Shown in pieces: positions 50,885 through 63,852 of a stretch of DNA of 64,000 nt (the stretch's first letter is position 1; every line of letters starts with the position of its first letter). The notes beneath the pieces are model-generated. The model worked only from the letters and a program-made list of their open reading frames with translations, was not told the DNA's origin and searched no databases. This DNA is from Azolla caroliniana (taxonomy: Eukaryota; Plantae; Polypodiophyta), in the NCBI GenBank assembly GCA_043228905.1, contig JBHGNT010000007.1:12152001-12216000 (forward strand), written 5' to 3'. Made by a program: the position numbers and the translations under genes.

Positions 50885-51525
50885 TCCAGTTCTCGGTGAG
50901 GGCTGCATGGTCGTTCACGCCTGTTCGTGTTCAATTCTCGGTGAGGGCCGCATGGTCGCTCACGCCCGTTTGTGTTTTCAATGAGGACCGCACATGGTCG
51001 CTCACGTTCTGGTTCCTGATGAGGGCCACACATGGTCACTCACTCCCATTCATGTTCCCATCTCCAGTGAGGACCGCACATGGTCGCTCACTCCAGCTAT
51101 TGTTCATGTCCCAGATCCTCGCGAGGACCGACATGGTCGCTCATGCCCGTTGTTGTTCATGTTCCAATTCCTGGGGAGGACCACACATGGTCACTCACGC
51201 CTGATGACGTTCGTGTTCCAACTCTTGGCGAGGACCACACATGGTCGCTCACGCTCGTTGGTGTTTGTGTTCCAACTCTCAGCGAGGACCAACATGGTCT
51301 CTCATGCCCATTGGTGTTCGTGTTCCCCGTGAGGACCACACATGGTCACTCACGCCCATTGGTATTCGTGTTCCAGTTCCCGACGAGGACCACACATGAT
51401 CGCTCATGCCCGTTGGTGTTTGTGCTTCCCGTGAGGACCGCACATGGTCTCTCACACCCGTTGGTATTCGTGTTCTAGTCTTGGGCGAGGACCACACATG
51501 GTTGCTCTTACCCGTTGGTGTTCAA
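50885..51525 (+). repeat. Tandem array of ~13 units (about 40-55 bp each) with core GAGGACCACACATGGTCGCTC in the 3' region of G
   Basis: CATGGTC or a close variant recurs about 13 times, ending ~120 bp before the PPT. Confidence 0.88.
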
Positions 51526-53251
51526 TACCTCGTCTTGTGGAAGGGTTACTCCTTGTCTAGGATTTACAAAATACTTTGGAGCTGTTCTAAGATTTTCATC
51601 AACAGTATCCCCTTAAGCCAAGGGCCGGTTTGGGAAGGCGGCGTAAGAGGGGGGATAATGTCACATTCTAGACTCAAACCTCTAACTTTTAACACACACA
51701 GTACATTGTGTTGTGTGAACCATATGGAAACTCTTGTGAACTGTCCACATTCGATTGTGAACTTCTATATATTGTAGAGTCTATTGTACAGTACATTCGA
51801 GAATATTCTAGTCATTAGTATATTCTAGAATTATTCTGTGGTATATTCTAAACGGGTATATTCTTGAGTATATTCTAGAGATATTTAATCTCAGAAATTG
51901 TATAAATACTTGTAACATCCTTGGTCCCTTTTCAAGAGATTCAACACCAGTAATTCACACATCAATCTAGTGTTCTCGTTTCTCCCCATCTTGTCTCCTT
52001 CATCTTATCATTGTCTTCATTCTCTTGTGTCATTTCCAACGTCTTGAGTTCCACGCTCGTAGCCCCATCGTTTGTGCTTCGTCCCAGTCCGCACTTGGTG
52101 TGTCCGTGACACCGAGAAAGTCAAGGAGCGCGGAACCGGACGGGTTGAGGAAAGCATGACCGAACCGGACGAGGAGCGTGAGCCAAGTAGGAGGACGCCA
52201 GGAGGAGCCAAAGGGAAAGACCGGCAGACACTGACACCAACACAACGATCCGACCTCAAGTTGAGCTTGAGGGGGAGTGTTGAGCGGACAAGCTCAACCA
52301 GATCCAGATCGGTATCCAGAACGGAGAACCGGATCAGTGTCCGGATGGTATTCGAAACAAGGAGCTGAATCGGATTGTAACTAGTAGGCCGTTAGAGGCC
52401 TATGAATCTAGCCTAGTACGTACGTAGGCATATTTTTGGGTGTCAGTGCCAGTCACTCGTATGAGCATTGAAGTACATGTCAGTACTTCTGACAATCCTT
52501 TTAAGTACTTGTATAAAAAAGCGTTTTGTAGAACCTTTGTGCGTACAGAGTGTCATAATTTTGAATCTAGTTTTGTGCTACTCTATTCTCTCTATCTCTC
52601 TTGTGTATTCTAAGCTTCCATTAAACCTGTGTTTATTCTCTATTGCTATCCATGTAACCGGTTTTGTCAAAGCTCCTGCAATCGTATTCTTTTACACTAA
52701 CCCTAAAACCTACAACATCCGGAAGACGAAAGTGTCCATGTTCTTGTCTTTTCTTCTCCTGAAGACGAAACTTTGTCTTTGTGCTTGTTCACGTTGTCAC
52801 AATATTCCGAGGAACCAGAGATAGAGAGAGATTAGTTGATGCCTACACAATGCACAGGCCTACAAGGCAGTTCAGCCCAGACCTGTAGTAAGATTCCGCA
52901 TGGCGAGCACACGGGCTCAGACACTCAAAGATCACAATGAAAGAACAGAAAACAGATTTAACGAGGATGACCAACACAGAGAAAGATCGCCACGAATATT
53001 GGTGGTTAATCGGAGGAAAGAGAGATAACAACTAGACTCGGCCGGTGATAGAACTTTGAGCTCAACAAACACACACACACAGAGAAACGATAAGCCTCTG
53101 GTCAGGAGCACACGGGCTTCCTGCACAAACAAAGGCCTCACCTTCCTTCCTCACAGACACACAGAGCGCCAAAGGAAAACGACAGAACTCCGAATTGCAA
53201 ATCGGTAGCACTTCCCCCTCCAAAATGATGGATACCCTCCTTAGTTATCTC

Positions 53252-53436
53252 TGTCGAATACAAGTGTATAATGGACGTATTCACACTATCCCTTGTATAG
53301 CTCTAGTTTGGGCCATTTGTGTAATTAGCGTAAAGGGTAGTTGCCCTAAGTCGGTCACTATATAAAGTGACCTAGTAACCTCTTTGTAAGGTTGGGTGTT
53401 GTATTATTGTTTCTATTGAATAGAAAATCTTGTGTG

Positions 53437-53475
<39 letters not shown>

Positions 53476-56400
53476 ACGGATCAGAAATTGTCATACGCAG
53501 GTACTCAGCACGAATCTAATGCTATTTGATCTTTGATATTGACGACATTGTCTCCAACATCTGGTATCAGAGCCTGCACAGTATTCGGTCCTTCAACTCG
53601 CTGTCGGCCGTCGTCTCAGCCTGCACAACATTCGGTCTCCTGCGTCATTCGAAGAAGAGAGAAGAAGAAAAGAAACGAGGCTTGCATCTCATCGCGTTAG
53701 ATCATCTTCGCTTGGAGTAAGCCAGCCGGTTGTACTCTGTTCCTTGTGATCGTAACCGCTCGAGGTGAAATCCCCTTGTGCAACATTGACACAATCGTGC
53801 TCCACTCGGTTAAACGGCATCCGAAGAGGTCATCAAACGTTGCTCGCCGCTCATTGTAACCACTCGGTGCAGATCAGTCTCAAGAAAACAACCCCAATTC
53901 GTGCTTCATCCGGCTGATCGACATTCGGGAGGATCAGTTGGATCCGTCTCTCTCGTCGCTGCAGTCACCCGAAGCAGAATCGGTCCAGACAATCGGTTTC
54001 AATAATCGGTATTTGGCATACATATTAGGAAGCGAACCGGGCTCACTCCGACTCGGCAACATTCGGGAAGACCAGTCGGTTCTGTCCCTCAAGTTACCGG
54101 AGTCAATTCGAGCAAGTTCAACAATACATATATCCGAAGCCGAACCGACTCGGGTTCAAATCCGACTAGAACGATATCGGGTGAGCCAACCGGCTGCACT
54201 CCAACAAGGTTCGTAGTCAACTCCGAACCGAGCTTCGTCAACCGAAACCGAATTTGATGGCATCAACATCCGGCTCGTCAGAAATGAGTCTACGAAAGTT
54301 CGATGGATCGAACTTCAACTTCTGGAAGGAGCAAATGCAGGACTATCTCATAGTCAAGGGGCAAATCGATCCCATCGAAAATGAAGAACCTCCAGAAGGA
54401 TACAAACCAATTGAGTGGCAGAAGCTGGACAGAATCGTCCGCGCCACGATTCGGATGCACCTATCGGAATCGGTATACTTTACGGTGCAATCGTGTACGA
54501 CAGCATTCGAACTGTGGAAAACACTGTCGGACACCTACGAAAAGAAGGTCGCTGCAACGAAGATGTTTCTGATCCGGCGCCTCTACAACTTGCGGATGAA
54601 AGAATCCGATTCGGTTCAAGCACATCTCAATGAGTACGAAAGCATAAGCTCCCAAATCTCATCTCAGGGGACGGCAATCGAGGATGAACTCAGAGCAATG
54701 ATACTCATGAGCAGCCTTCCCTCATCATGGGAAACTTTCGTCACAACCGTGTGCAACGCGTCAACCACGGCTGTTAAATACTCCGAAGTCACGAGCGCAA
54801 TCCTGACCGAAGCAGCTCGGAGAAAGTCTTTCGCCAAAGACTCAACAGACGACGCTTATGTAGTACAAGGTTCGACAGAACGATCGAACATACGAGGAAG
54901 AGATTCCTCACGGCAGCCGAACAATCAGCGAAGACGGAGCCAGTCACGGGATAATCGAATCTGCAACTATTGCAAGAAACCCGGACACATCAAAGCCGAC
55001 TGCCGCGCACTCAAGAACAAGAACGACAAGTCTCAGAAATCAGATAAGAAGAGTGGCCGGCATGAGGAGATCAATTACGTCAGCTTCTCACTGATGTGCT
55101 ACCAAACAACCCGAACATACTATCAATCGAAAATCCAGTCGGATCAGAAGTTCTGCTCACGACTGAAGAATCGAGCACATGGCTCTTAGATTCGGGCGCG
55201 TCATTTCACGTGACTCCTCATCGATCCCAATTTCGGCAATATACGATCCGTCACTCCGACTCAGTTCGAGTCGGCAACTCGCAACACTGTGACATCATTG
55301 GCATCGGCACAGTAGAGCTCAACCTTGCAGGTGGCTCTACACTTGTACTTCACAATGTCCGACATGTACCCGAGCTCTCAAGGCCATTGATCTCAGTCGG
55401 ACAACTAGATGAAGACGGCATTCGTGCCGGTTTTTCTTCGGGAGGGTGGACACTCCACAGGGGGAACCTCCTGCTTGCTAGAGGACCCAAGATACACTCA
55501 CTGTATCCGTTACATGTTACGCTCAGAGAGGGTAACCTGTTTTTGGTGGATATTCCTGTGTCATCACTATGGCACAGAAGATTAGGACACATCAGCAAGG
55601 CCGGCATCACGCACCTATCTAGAGCCGGATACATCCCTAAACTCTCCTTCTCGGACCATCAATTCTGCGAACATTGCCAGTATGGCAAACAAGCAGCCGC
55701 ATCACACCCGACATCAGCACCAAGAGACATGAGACCTCTCGATTTAGTCCACTCGGACGTCTGTGGCCCAATGCCGCATCAGTCTCTCGGCGGTGCCTCT
55801 TACTTCGTCAGTTTTATTGACGATTCAACTCGAAAGGTGTGGGCTTATCCAATTCGCACCAAAGATCGTGTCTTCTCGATCTTCTCCGATTGGCTCGCTA
55901 TGGTAGAAAATCAAACCGACCGAAAACTGAAATGCTTTCGGACCGGCAATGGGGGAGAGTTCAAATCAGAAGAATTCGTCAAATTCTGCCGACAACGCGG
56001 CATCCGACGTGAATTTACGGCACCACACAGTCCGGAGCAAAACGGGATTGCAGAACGAATGAATCGGACAATCCAAGAACGGATAGTTTCCATGCTTCAA
56101 CACTCCGGACTGTCGGATGGCTTCTAGGCAGAGGCTCTACTCACGGCAGTACACATAATCAACATGTCGCCAAGCAGACCTCTAGGACTTCAAATTCCTC
56201 AGGAACAATGGATCGGCAGTAAGCCGAATTATGACAAGCTGAGGATCTTCGGATGCGAGGCGTACGCCCTTATTCCGAAAGATGATCGCCGAAAACTTGC
56301 ACCTCGGTCCAGGAAATGCATTTTCCTTGGATATGGATCAGACGGCGAAATGGGATACCGACTCTGGGACCCCGAACGCAGACAAATCGTTCGAAGTTCG

Positions 56401-58664
56401 GACGTTGTGTTCAACGAGTCGGCTATGAATCCATCAGTCGAAAAACCGATCGAAGTCCGAAGGGTAACATTTTCCGATGTGCCGACCCTTCAAGAAGGCC
56501 CCGCTCTTAACACACGGTCAGCTTCACGGGTAGCTGAACCTTACACTACCGACTCGGACAACTCCGACTCGGCACAGCCGAATGATTCGCTTTCGGACCA
56601 TCCGACCTCGATACCCGATGCGACCAGTCCAATCATACCTCGACGATCCGAGAGACTGTCACAACCTCCGGAGAGGTATTCTCCTGGAATTTTCTTCACC
56701 GACGCCGGCGAACCGACGTCTTACGAAGAAGCATCGACATCTGTCGATTCAGCCACCTGGCATCTGGCGATGGAGTCGGAAATGCACTCCATTCGGGCAA
56801 ACCAGACTTGGGACCTGGTCGAATTACCTAAGAATCGACGTGCTCTTCCTTGCAAGTGGGTTTATCGACTAAAAGAGACGTCTGATTCAACCACCCCAAA
56901 GTACAAGGCCAGATTAGTTGCGAAGGGCTTCCGACAAGAATATGGTGTCGACTTCGACGAGATTTTTTCACCAGTGGTGAAAATGACAACCCTTCGTTTT
57001 CTACTCGGTGTAGTGGCAGCCGACAACTTGGAGCTGATTCAGCTAGATGTCAAAACAGCCTTCCTCCATGGTGATCTTGAAGAGGAAATTTATATGGAGC
57101 AGCCAAAAGGCTTCGTGGCAACTGGCCAAGAACATCTAGTCTGCCGACTCAGGAAGAGTCTATACGGCCTCAAACAGGCACCGCGACAATGGTACAAGAA
57201 GTTCGACGACTTCATCCAATCGATCGGCTTCTCAAAAAGCGATGAGGACCATTGTCTTTTTACCAACACAGCTCACGACGGATCACCCATCTTTCTCATC
57301 ATTTACGTGGACGACATGCTAATTTCTGGACGCCACGCGGGCGAACTTGCCGATCTCATTCGGCAACTGCGGTTGAAGTTTGCCATGAAGGACCTCGGTC
57401 CGGCACGACACATACTCGGCATGAAGATTAGTCGGCATCGCGATAAACGACATCTTTTTTTGTCTCAGACCGACTATATCGGACGTGTCTTGGAACGCTT
57501 CAACATGCAATCAGCCAAATCTGCTTCAACCCCGCTCCCCATGAATCTTCGGCTCTCTCAGCGAGACTGCCCGACATCCGGTCCGGAGGGGGAAGATATG
57601 AAGTCGGTACCGTATGCACCGGCAGTCGGCTCCCTTATGTACCTGATGGTCGCGACACGGCCTGATATTTCTCATGCCGTAGGAGTCGTTAGCAGATTTA
57701 TGCACAATCCTGGTCGATCGCATTGGAACGCAGTCAAGCATGTGTTCAAATATCTGGCTGGCACAAAAGACCACGGCATTCTTTTCGGTCCGAACTCAAC
57801 CTCAGGCGTAGTCGATTACACCGACTCGGACTTCGCCGGCTGTATAGACAGTCGGAAATCAACAACTGGATACTGCTTCAAATTCGGCAATGGAGCAATT
57901 TCGTGGAAGTCGAAACTTCAGGAGTGCACAGCGACCTCAACGACCGAAGCAGAATATGTAGCTGCGTCCGACGCTGCAAAAGAAGCTTTGTGGCTCGGCC
58001 GGCTGGCGCACACGTTTCGGCAAGTCGACCATGACTCGGCTCCAGTTGTCTACAGCGACAGTCAAGGTGTTGTTGCCTTGTCGAGAAATCCGGTTCACCA
58101 CAACGCCTCCAAACACATCGACGTTCGATATCACTTCGTTCGGGACTGCGTCATTTCAGGGAAAATCGGTCTAGAGAAAATATCCACAACCGACAATGTC
58201 GCAGATGGAATGACCAAGTGTCTTTCGGCAGACCGCTTTCGGTCCCTTCGGCATCAGATGGGCGTAACGACAAACCAGTCCGGTTAGAGCCGGACACAGC
58301 GCAGGATGGTTTCGGACAACCGACATCAGTTCCTTAATGATCGGCTTCAACTCTTCCAACCCGACCAGTCCGGTCTTCTGCCTTCGGACCCTGCCGACTC
58401 GAACAAAACGGATATGTCCGAGAACCTAGGTTCATACCTGTAATCTTAGATAACCCATGTATACGCCCATTACGGGGGAGTGTCGAATACAAGTGTATAA
58501 TGGACGTATTCACACTATCCCTTGTATAGCTCTAGTTTGGGCCATTTGTGTAATTAGCGTAAAGGGTAGTTGCCCTAAGTCGGTCACTATATAAAGTGAC
58601 CTAGTAACCTCTTTGTAAGGTTGGGTGTTGTATTATTGTTTCTATTGAATAGAAAATCTTGTGT

Positions 58665-58713
<49 letters not shown>

Positions 58714-58797
58714 ACGGATCAGAAACTGTCATACGCAGGTACTCAGCACGAATCTAATGCTATTTGATCTTTGATATTGACGACATTGTCTCCAACA
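53252..58797 (+). mobile_element. Element L: young full-length Ty1/Copia
   Basis: LTRs 53252-53559 and 58481-58797 differ mainly in (CT)n length; PBS 53562-53573; PPT ACGGGGGAG; TSD ATCTC/GTCTC. Confidence 0.95.
54257..58287 (+). pseudogene. gag-pol of L, with one frame change (~55090) and one premature TAG (56125-56127)
   Basis: Three ORF pieces together carry all Copia motifs (CNYCKKPGH, LDSGASFH, HSDVCGP, IYVDDM, TEAEY). Confidence 0.92.
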
Positions 58798-59319
58798 GTC
58801 TCTCCCTCCTTTTATAGCTCAAGGAGAGAGAGAAGCCATTACATCAGGCTGTTAAGATAGCCGCTTTTTGTCCTAGAATTTCCCCTCGATCTCCTCCGTC
58901 AATCAATATTGTTCCTTTCTATTCATGTGGTGTTAAAGTACATATTAAACACTTCTACCTAGTATACACTCAACCTAATACTATGTTATTTACAATTTAT
59001 AGTACATAAGACTCTTTAGTGTGCATTCGTGCCCACCCCCGTTCACGTGCGGTCGGTGAGGTTTCTCCTTGTGGCCGGAATTCTCCACTCCACGACAACG
59101 TGTTAGCTGCAAAGGATTCTTCTAACCCTCCCGCTCTGAAACCATGTAAAAGATTACATATGTGGAAGTGTTATGTGGGAACACATCCGGCTCAGCCGGA
59201 CAACAAAAAATAGACAGTTAGGTAAACACAGAGTAGGAGAGAGAGATAGATAGATAGATAGATTATATTATCATCTTCGGAGGTCAAATATGACCTATGA
59301 GACCAAAAAATATTACATT

Positions 59320-62300
59320 TCACGTGATACGTGTAAAAGTGAGTAGTGACTCTCGATGTTCAAGAACTTTACCAATGAATGTTGCAATCGAGAGTGCACA
59401 TTGTGGTTATGAGAGGAATTCATGCAAAGATTGGGCTCGGTCGAAGAGATGTGGAAAGCATGGTCGAATATGATCAAAGGCAGAGCATTGTATCAAAGTG
59501 TGATACTCAGACTCGCGAACTTGTTTAGGACAAAGTGTGTATAGCCGACCACTCTCATCACTTGTGCCCCAACACCCTGTTTCACATCGCAATGCATGTG
59601 AGCTAAGTCGCATGGAAGCAATGGTTCGAATGGCAAATAACGGAATGGGCTCTAACATGTATCGATGTGTACGATTTCCCCGTCCCGCAAAGAATATGGT
59701 TTTGTAGTTAGGTGCAACATGTGTAGTATATAATGTGTGAAACGTGAGCCTCCACATTTGTCCCATGTCATGATACATTGGCGTTGCAAGAAGGCCTCAT
59801 TTACAGAGGAATCTAATGATGCATCATGAAGCAAGTGTCTTGCATCCCATCTACCAAACCATTTTTCTATATCTTGCATACAACCGGAACACAAAATTTT
59901 GCTTTTATGCGTCTTTTGGATTTTTTTGCTTACTTCCCACGCAATTCTAGGAAGTCGATGTGAGGGACTTTTTTGAACCTTAAGCATGTATTGAACAACC
60001 CTTTCCATGGCCATGATCTCAATGGGAAGCGATCCCGTCTCAAGGAGGAGGAGGGTGTAGGGCATTTGTTTCTTAACTTGTAGAAACTTTGTAAGAAAAT
60101 GTTTTTGGACATTTTCAAACACTTTCCACATAGATTTAGGGATGTTACCACCCCATACTTCCACCCCATAGAGAAGAATTGGTGTCACCAAAGTCTCGAA
60201 AAGATATTTCTTGAGGACCCAACACTTAATATCTCCAAGATTGCATGTGTTCTCAAATGCATAGTATGTTCACTTACACGCCTCTAAGCGGCGTGTAGCA
60301 CATTCATTCCATCTATGATTTGAAGGAACTTCAAGGCCAAGATATTTGAAGCTTTCCACACATTCAAGTGGCTCATTGTTGTACATAATGCATGGTTTAT
60401 CTCTTTTTTGGCTATTCACAAGCATAATCTTTGTTTTAGAGCTATTGACACTTAATTTAGTATGCACGCAAAAAATTTCCAATGCCTTCATAAGCTTTTG
60501 TGCATCTCCTAAAGTATTTGCAAAAAGCACTACATCATCTGCATATAGCAAAAGCATAATCACAACATTCCCAATGGCAACTTCTTAAACACGTTCTTCA
60601 TTTGCAAACTTGGTAACCATTTCTTCCAATTCATCAATGCATAGACCAAATAATGTTGGTGAGAGTGGGCATCCTTGCTTAACACCAATAGTGCTTTTGA
60701 AAAAATCTGAAAGTTTATCTCTCATGCGCACACAACATATAACCTTCTCATAAATTTGGGAAATTGCAAGCATATATTCACTTGGCACCTCAAGTTCTTC
60801 CATTCGCCTCCAAAGATGCTCACGAGGTACCATATCAAAAGCTTTCTTGAAGTCTACAAAGCAACAATATAAATCTTTACCTCTAAGGCGACTTTCCTCC
60901 ATTAATACTCAAAGGGTGATAAGGTGATCAATGTTGTTATGGTGTTTCCGAAAGCCAGCTTGTCCATAAGCTCTCTTACCATTTTTTTAAGCCCATACAC
61001 TTATCTTTGATTCCATTATACATCCAAATAGTTTTGCCATTAATGAGCCAACCATGATGGTTCGATAGTTGTTTACATTATTATATCTCCACCTTTATGT
61101 AAAGGTTTGATCCAATTTGTAGTCCAATCATACGGCATACCATGTTGCAATGCATCATTAAACATATCGCTTATCCATATATGTGCTTCCTTTCCCATCC
61201 ATTTGAGAATTTTAGCCTTTATACATTGAAGATCGCTTGCCTTTCAAGAGGCCAATTTCTTAAGTCCTATGCATATATCTTCAATTGTAAAGAAGGGAGG
61301 CATATGTGAAAGAGAACCATAACACATCATCTTTCCGGAAAGAAATAACTCATATAAATTCTTACAATGCATAAACACGTCGTGAAGAGTTAAGTCACCA
61401 TAACTCTCAACACATTTCCCCTTTAGATTTCCCCAAAATTTAGCACATGCATGTGCTTTCTCTTGCATTTGAATAAATTGTTGAGTAACTTCCCATATTC
61501 TTCTCTTTCTTTGAATAAGCCTTTTATACTCATGCAAATGCTTTTGGTAATTCTCTTTATCCTTAACTACATCCAAAACCTTAAGGCACTTTCGAGCTTC
61601 ACGACATTCTTTATCAAACCATTTTTTCCTAAGTTTCTTGGTGGATTTCCAAGATGTGCAGTTGGTTGAAAAAAAATTGTTTGTACAGAAGAGAATGACT
61701 TTCTTGAAAGCTTCCCATTTGCATTCTAGTGTGGCACCATGTTGTATCTTTTTCATTTGTAACATATCCTCAACCATCTTGGAATACATGGGTGCTCGCT
61801 TAAGGTTCATGCTCAAGTGCGGTTGTTTATTATCTTTAATAGCCTTCTCAAAATCAAACCTATGCATACATTTGAGATCAATACAAAAAGTCCTATGATC
61901 GGATTCCGGTGTCCATTCACCAAGTGAGAATTTATGTATACGATCCAAAATACCTTCAGAAAGTAGCACATAGTCAATCATACTATTTCCATTGTGTTTT
62001 CTACATGTAAAACCATTAGTGTTGGGCCATAAGGAAATACCATTTGCAATAAACAATCCGGTACTATTGCACATTTGTAGGAGTAACTTCCCAAATTGGT
62101 CCGGATCTTTTTCATCGCTAGAAGAGCGGCTATACATTTGCATATCCTCTTGCATCCTTGAGATATGTGGCATGAAAGATTCTTGTGAATCAAGTTGGAA
62201 ACTTCTTGTACGAGCATTCATGTCACCAAAGACAATAACTTCCCCTTTGGATTTGAAATAAGCAATATCATCTTCTAGATTGGAAAACGGTTGATCTTTA

Positions 62301-62695
62301 TCCAAACAAGCATAAAAGTTAGAATCTTGATGAGGAATGTAACATCTAACTACAAAAGTGGGCAAATCATTAGGTGTTTCTATTTTGAGCCATATGTAGC
62401 ATTTAAGTTCATCATTTTTTATGATTGACACATATTTCTCTATTTCCTTCATAATCAAACATGCCACCCCTCCTTGTCCTCTTCTTTGTCTTGGATTTTT
62501 CTTCCATATCAAAGAGTGTACATTATAGTTTCCTAAACCTTGAATCCTTTGAGTATCATGCTCCCATGTTTCAACAAGAAGTGTGATATCTGAGTCATCG
62601 GTGAACTCCTCTATGCCAAATCCCGCATTCCATGGGTATCCATTGCAATTCCAAAAGCATAATCGTAAAAGGCGTGGGTTAGTCTCATAGATCAC
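59320..62695 (-). pseudogene. LINE ORF2: AP endonuclease, reverse transcriptase and C-terminal Cys/His motif
   Basis: FWNCNG, LVETW, GDMNART, IDYVL, SDH; FVDFKKAFD, GVKQGCPLSPTLF, LYADD; RLSSHALRCETG and LC..ESEYH..C. Confidence 0.9.
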
Positions 62696-62701
62696 GTGTC
62701 C

Positions 62702-63531
62702 CTATTTGCCTACATTTCCATCTTTAGGCACATCCGTAACCTTATTTTTCAATCTTTCTTCATATGTTTTACAGCGAGCATTTTGTTGTGAGATAGTATG
62801 ATCTTCACTCACAAAGCATTGCGTACCTTTGAGGTATACCCAACTATTTTCGAGTATGATCCGCCACTTTGTATCATCTGTCATTGTGCATACAATAGGC
62901 CTTTCTCCGAAGCGAGTAACACCATGTTTCCCAACTCGGTGTGCCACATATACATTCACATCTGACATCCCATAATGCATGCTAAAAAATTCACCAATGG
63001 CCTTTCCAAGGGATGTGGGTGTTTCCATAATCTCTTCTTTAATCCCACGGACGACAATGTTCTTTGATCGCCATTCACGTTCTTTCAATTCTCAGACATC
63101 TAGGCTTTCTATATTCTTCTCTTGATGCATCACATGCATATTAGATGAGTTTGATAGCACATCCCCACCACATAAATCGGCCCATGACTTCGTTGTACAT
63201 ACATTTTTCATCTCACTTACATCCCGCCTCATCGTGTCCAATTTTTCTTCTTTTAATGCTTCCTTTAACTCAAATTGTTAAGGCGCTCATTTGTTTTGAA
63301 AGAAGCTCTTTTACATTCTTGAATCTCTTCTTGAAGTTTTGCAACCACTTGTTTAAGACTTTCATTCTCAATGACAACACTTTGGAGCTTAGCATTCTCT
63401 TTCATTAACGTCCTAATCTCTTCACCTTGCTTGTTTATGGTTTCTTGAAGAGAAATCAAGTGACTCATAAGCATTTTGTCCATTGCACTAGAATCAAGAT
63501 TTGTTGGTGATCTCGGCTCATTATCAATCAT
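62702..63531 (-). pseudogene. LINE ORF1: coiled coil plus RRM-like domain
   Basis: Heptad-rich segment (63265-63531) followed by KNIVVRGIKE..HRVGK..RPIVC, typical of CR1/L2-group ORF1. Confidence 0.75.
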
Positions 63532-63816
63532 ACCCCCGAACTTTGCGGCGGCTTTACAAGTATTTGCCTTCCCTCTTTACAGGAAGAGAGAGACAAAGAG
63601 GGAAGGAGAGAGAATGTACCTTTCACTCGATTTAGGGCTTCCAAATCTACCTTGCGTTTGAGGAACCGTGGGGCATAGATGGTTGCGGATGAAAATGCTC
63701 ATAACATCTTGCCACGGTAACGGAATTCAGTAAATGAACATTCTTTAGAAAGCTCTCTGAAAGAGCTTTCCAATCCAACGAGGTATAAAACGTAGAAAAC
63801 GATGGCCGGAGTGAAC

Positions 63817-63820
<4 letters not shown>

Positions 63821-63852
<32 letters not shown>

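Larger units (their letters stand above)
39116..52111 (+). mobile_element. Element G: Tcn1/Tf1-like self-priming LTR element with no sense-strand ORF left, inserted in E
   Basis: TSD CCGAG. LTRs TGTCAC...GTGACA at 39116-44595 (split by H) and 51659-52111. PPT AAGAGGGGGGA at ~51645-51655. No tRNA PBS. Confidence 0.85.
17614..52695 (+). mobile_element. Element E: old Ty1/Copia element expanded to 35 kb by nested insertions
   Basis: 5' LTR 17614-18040; PBS TGGTATCAGAGC 18041-18052; 3' LTR 52278-52695 preceded by PPT GAGGGGGAG; TSD TTAAC/CTAAC. The internal sequence rejoins across the TSDs of F and G. Confidence 0.8.
52837..59205 (-). repeat. Probable LTR (N, ~820 bp net) split by element L
   Basis: Minus strand TGTTG...ATCA with TATAAAAGG; sequence rejoins across the L TSD. 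No TSD found for N itself. Confidence 0.4.
59237..63820 (-). mobile_element. Near full-length two-ORF LINE of RTEX/CR1-group type with a (TATC)n 3' tail
   Basis: ORF1 followed by APE-RT ORF2; microsatellite tail at 59237-59262; flanked on both sides by (CT)n. Confidence 0.85.

Noticed and set aside
50885-51525. CRISPR-like appearance of the repeat array
   Set aside because: The spacers are homologous to one another, there are no cas genes, and the context is a eukaryotic retroelement.
46894-52695. Pairing the J LTR with the LTR at 52278-52695 as one element
   Set aside because: The LTR at 52278 is more similar to 17614-18040, the TSD fits E, and J lies inside G and I.
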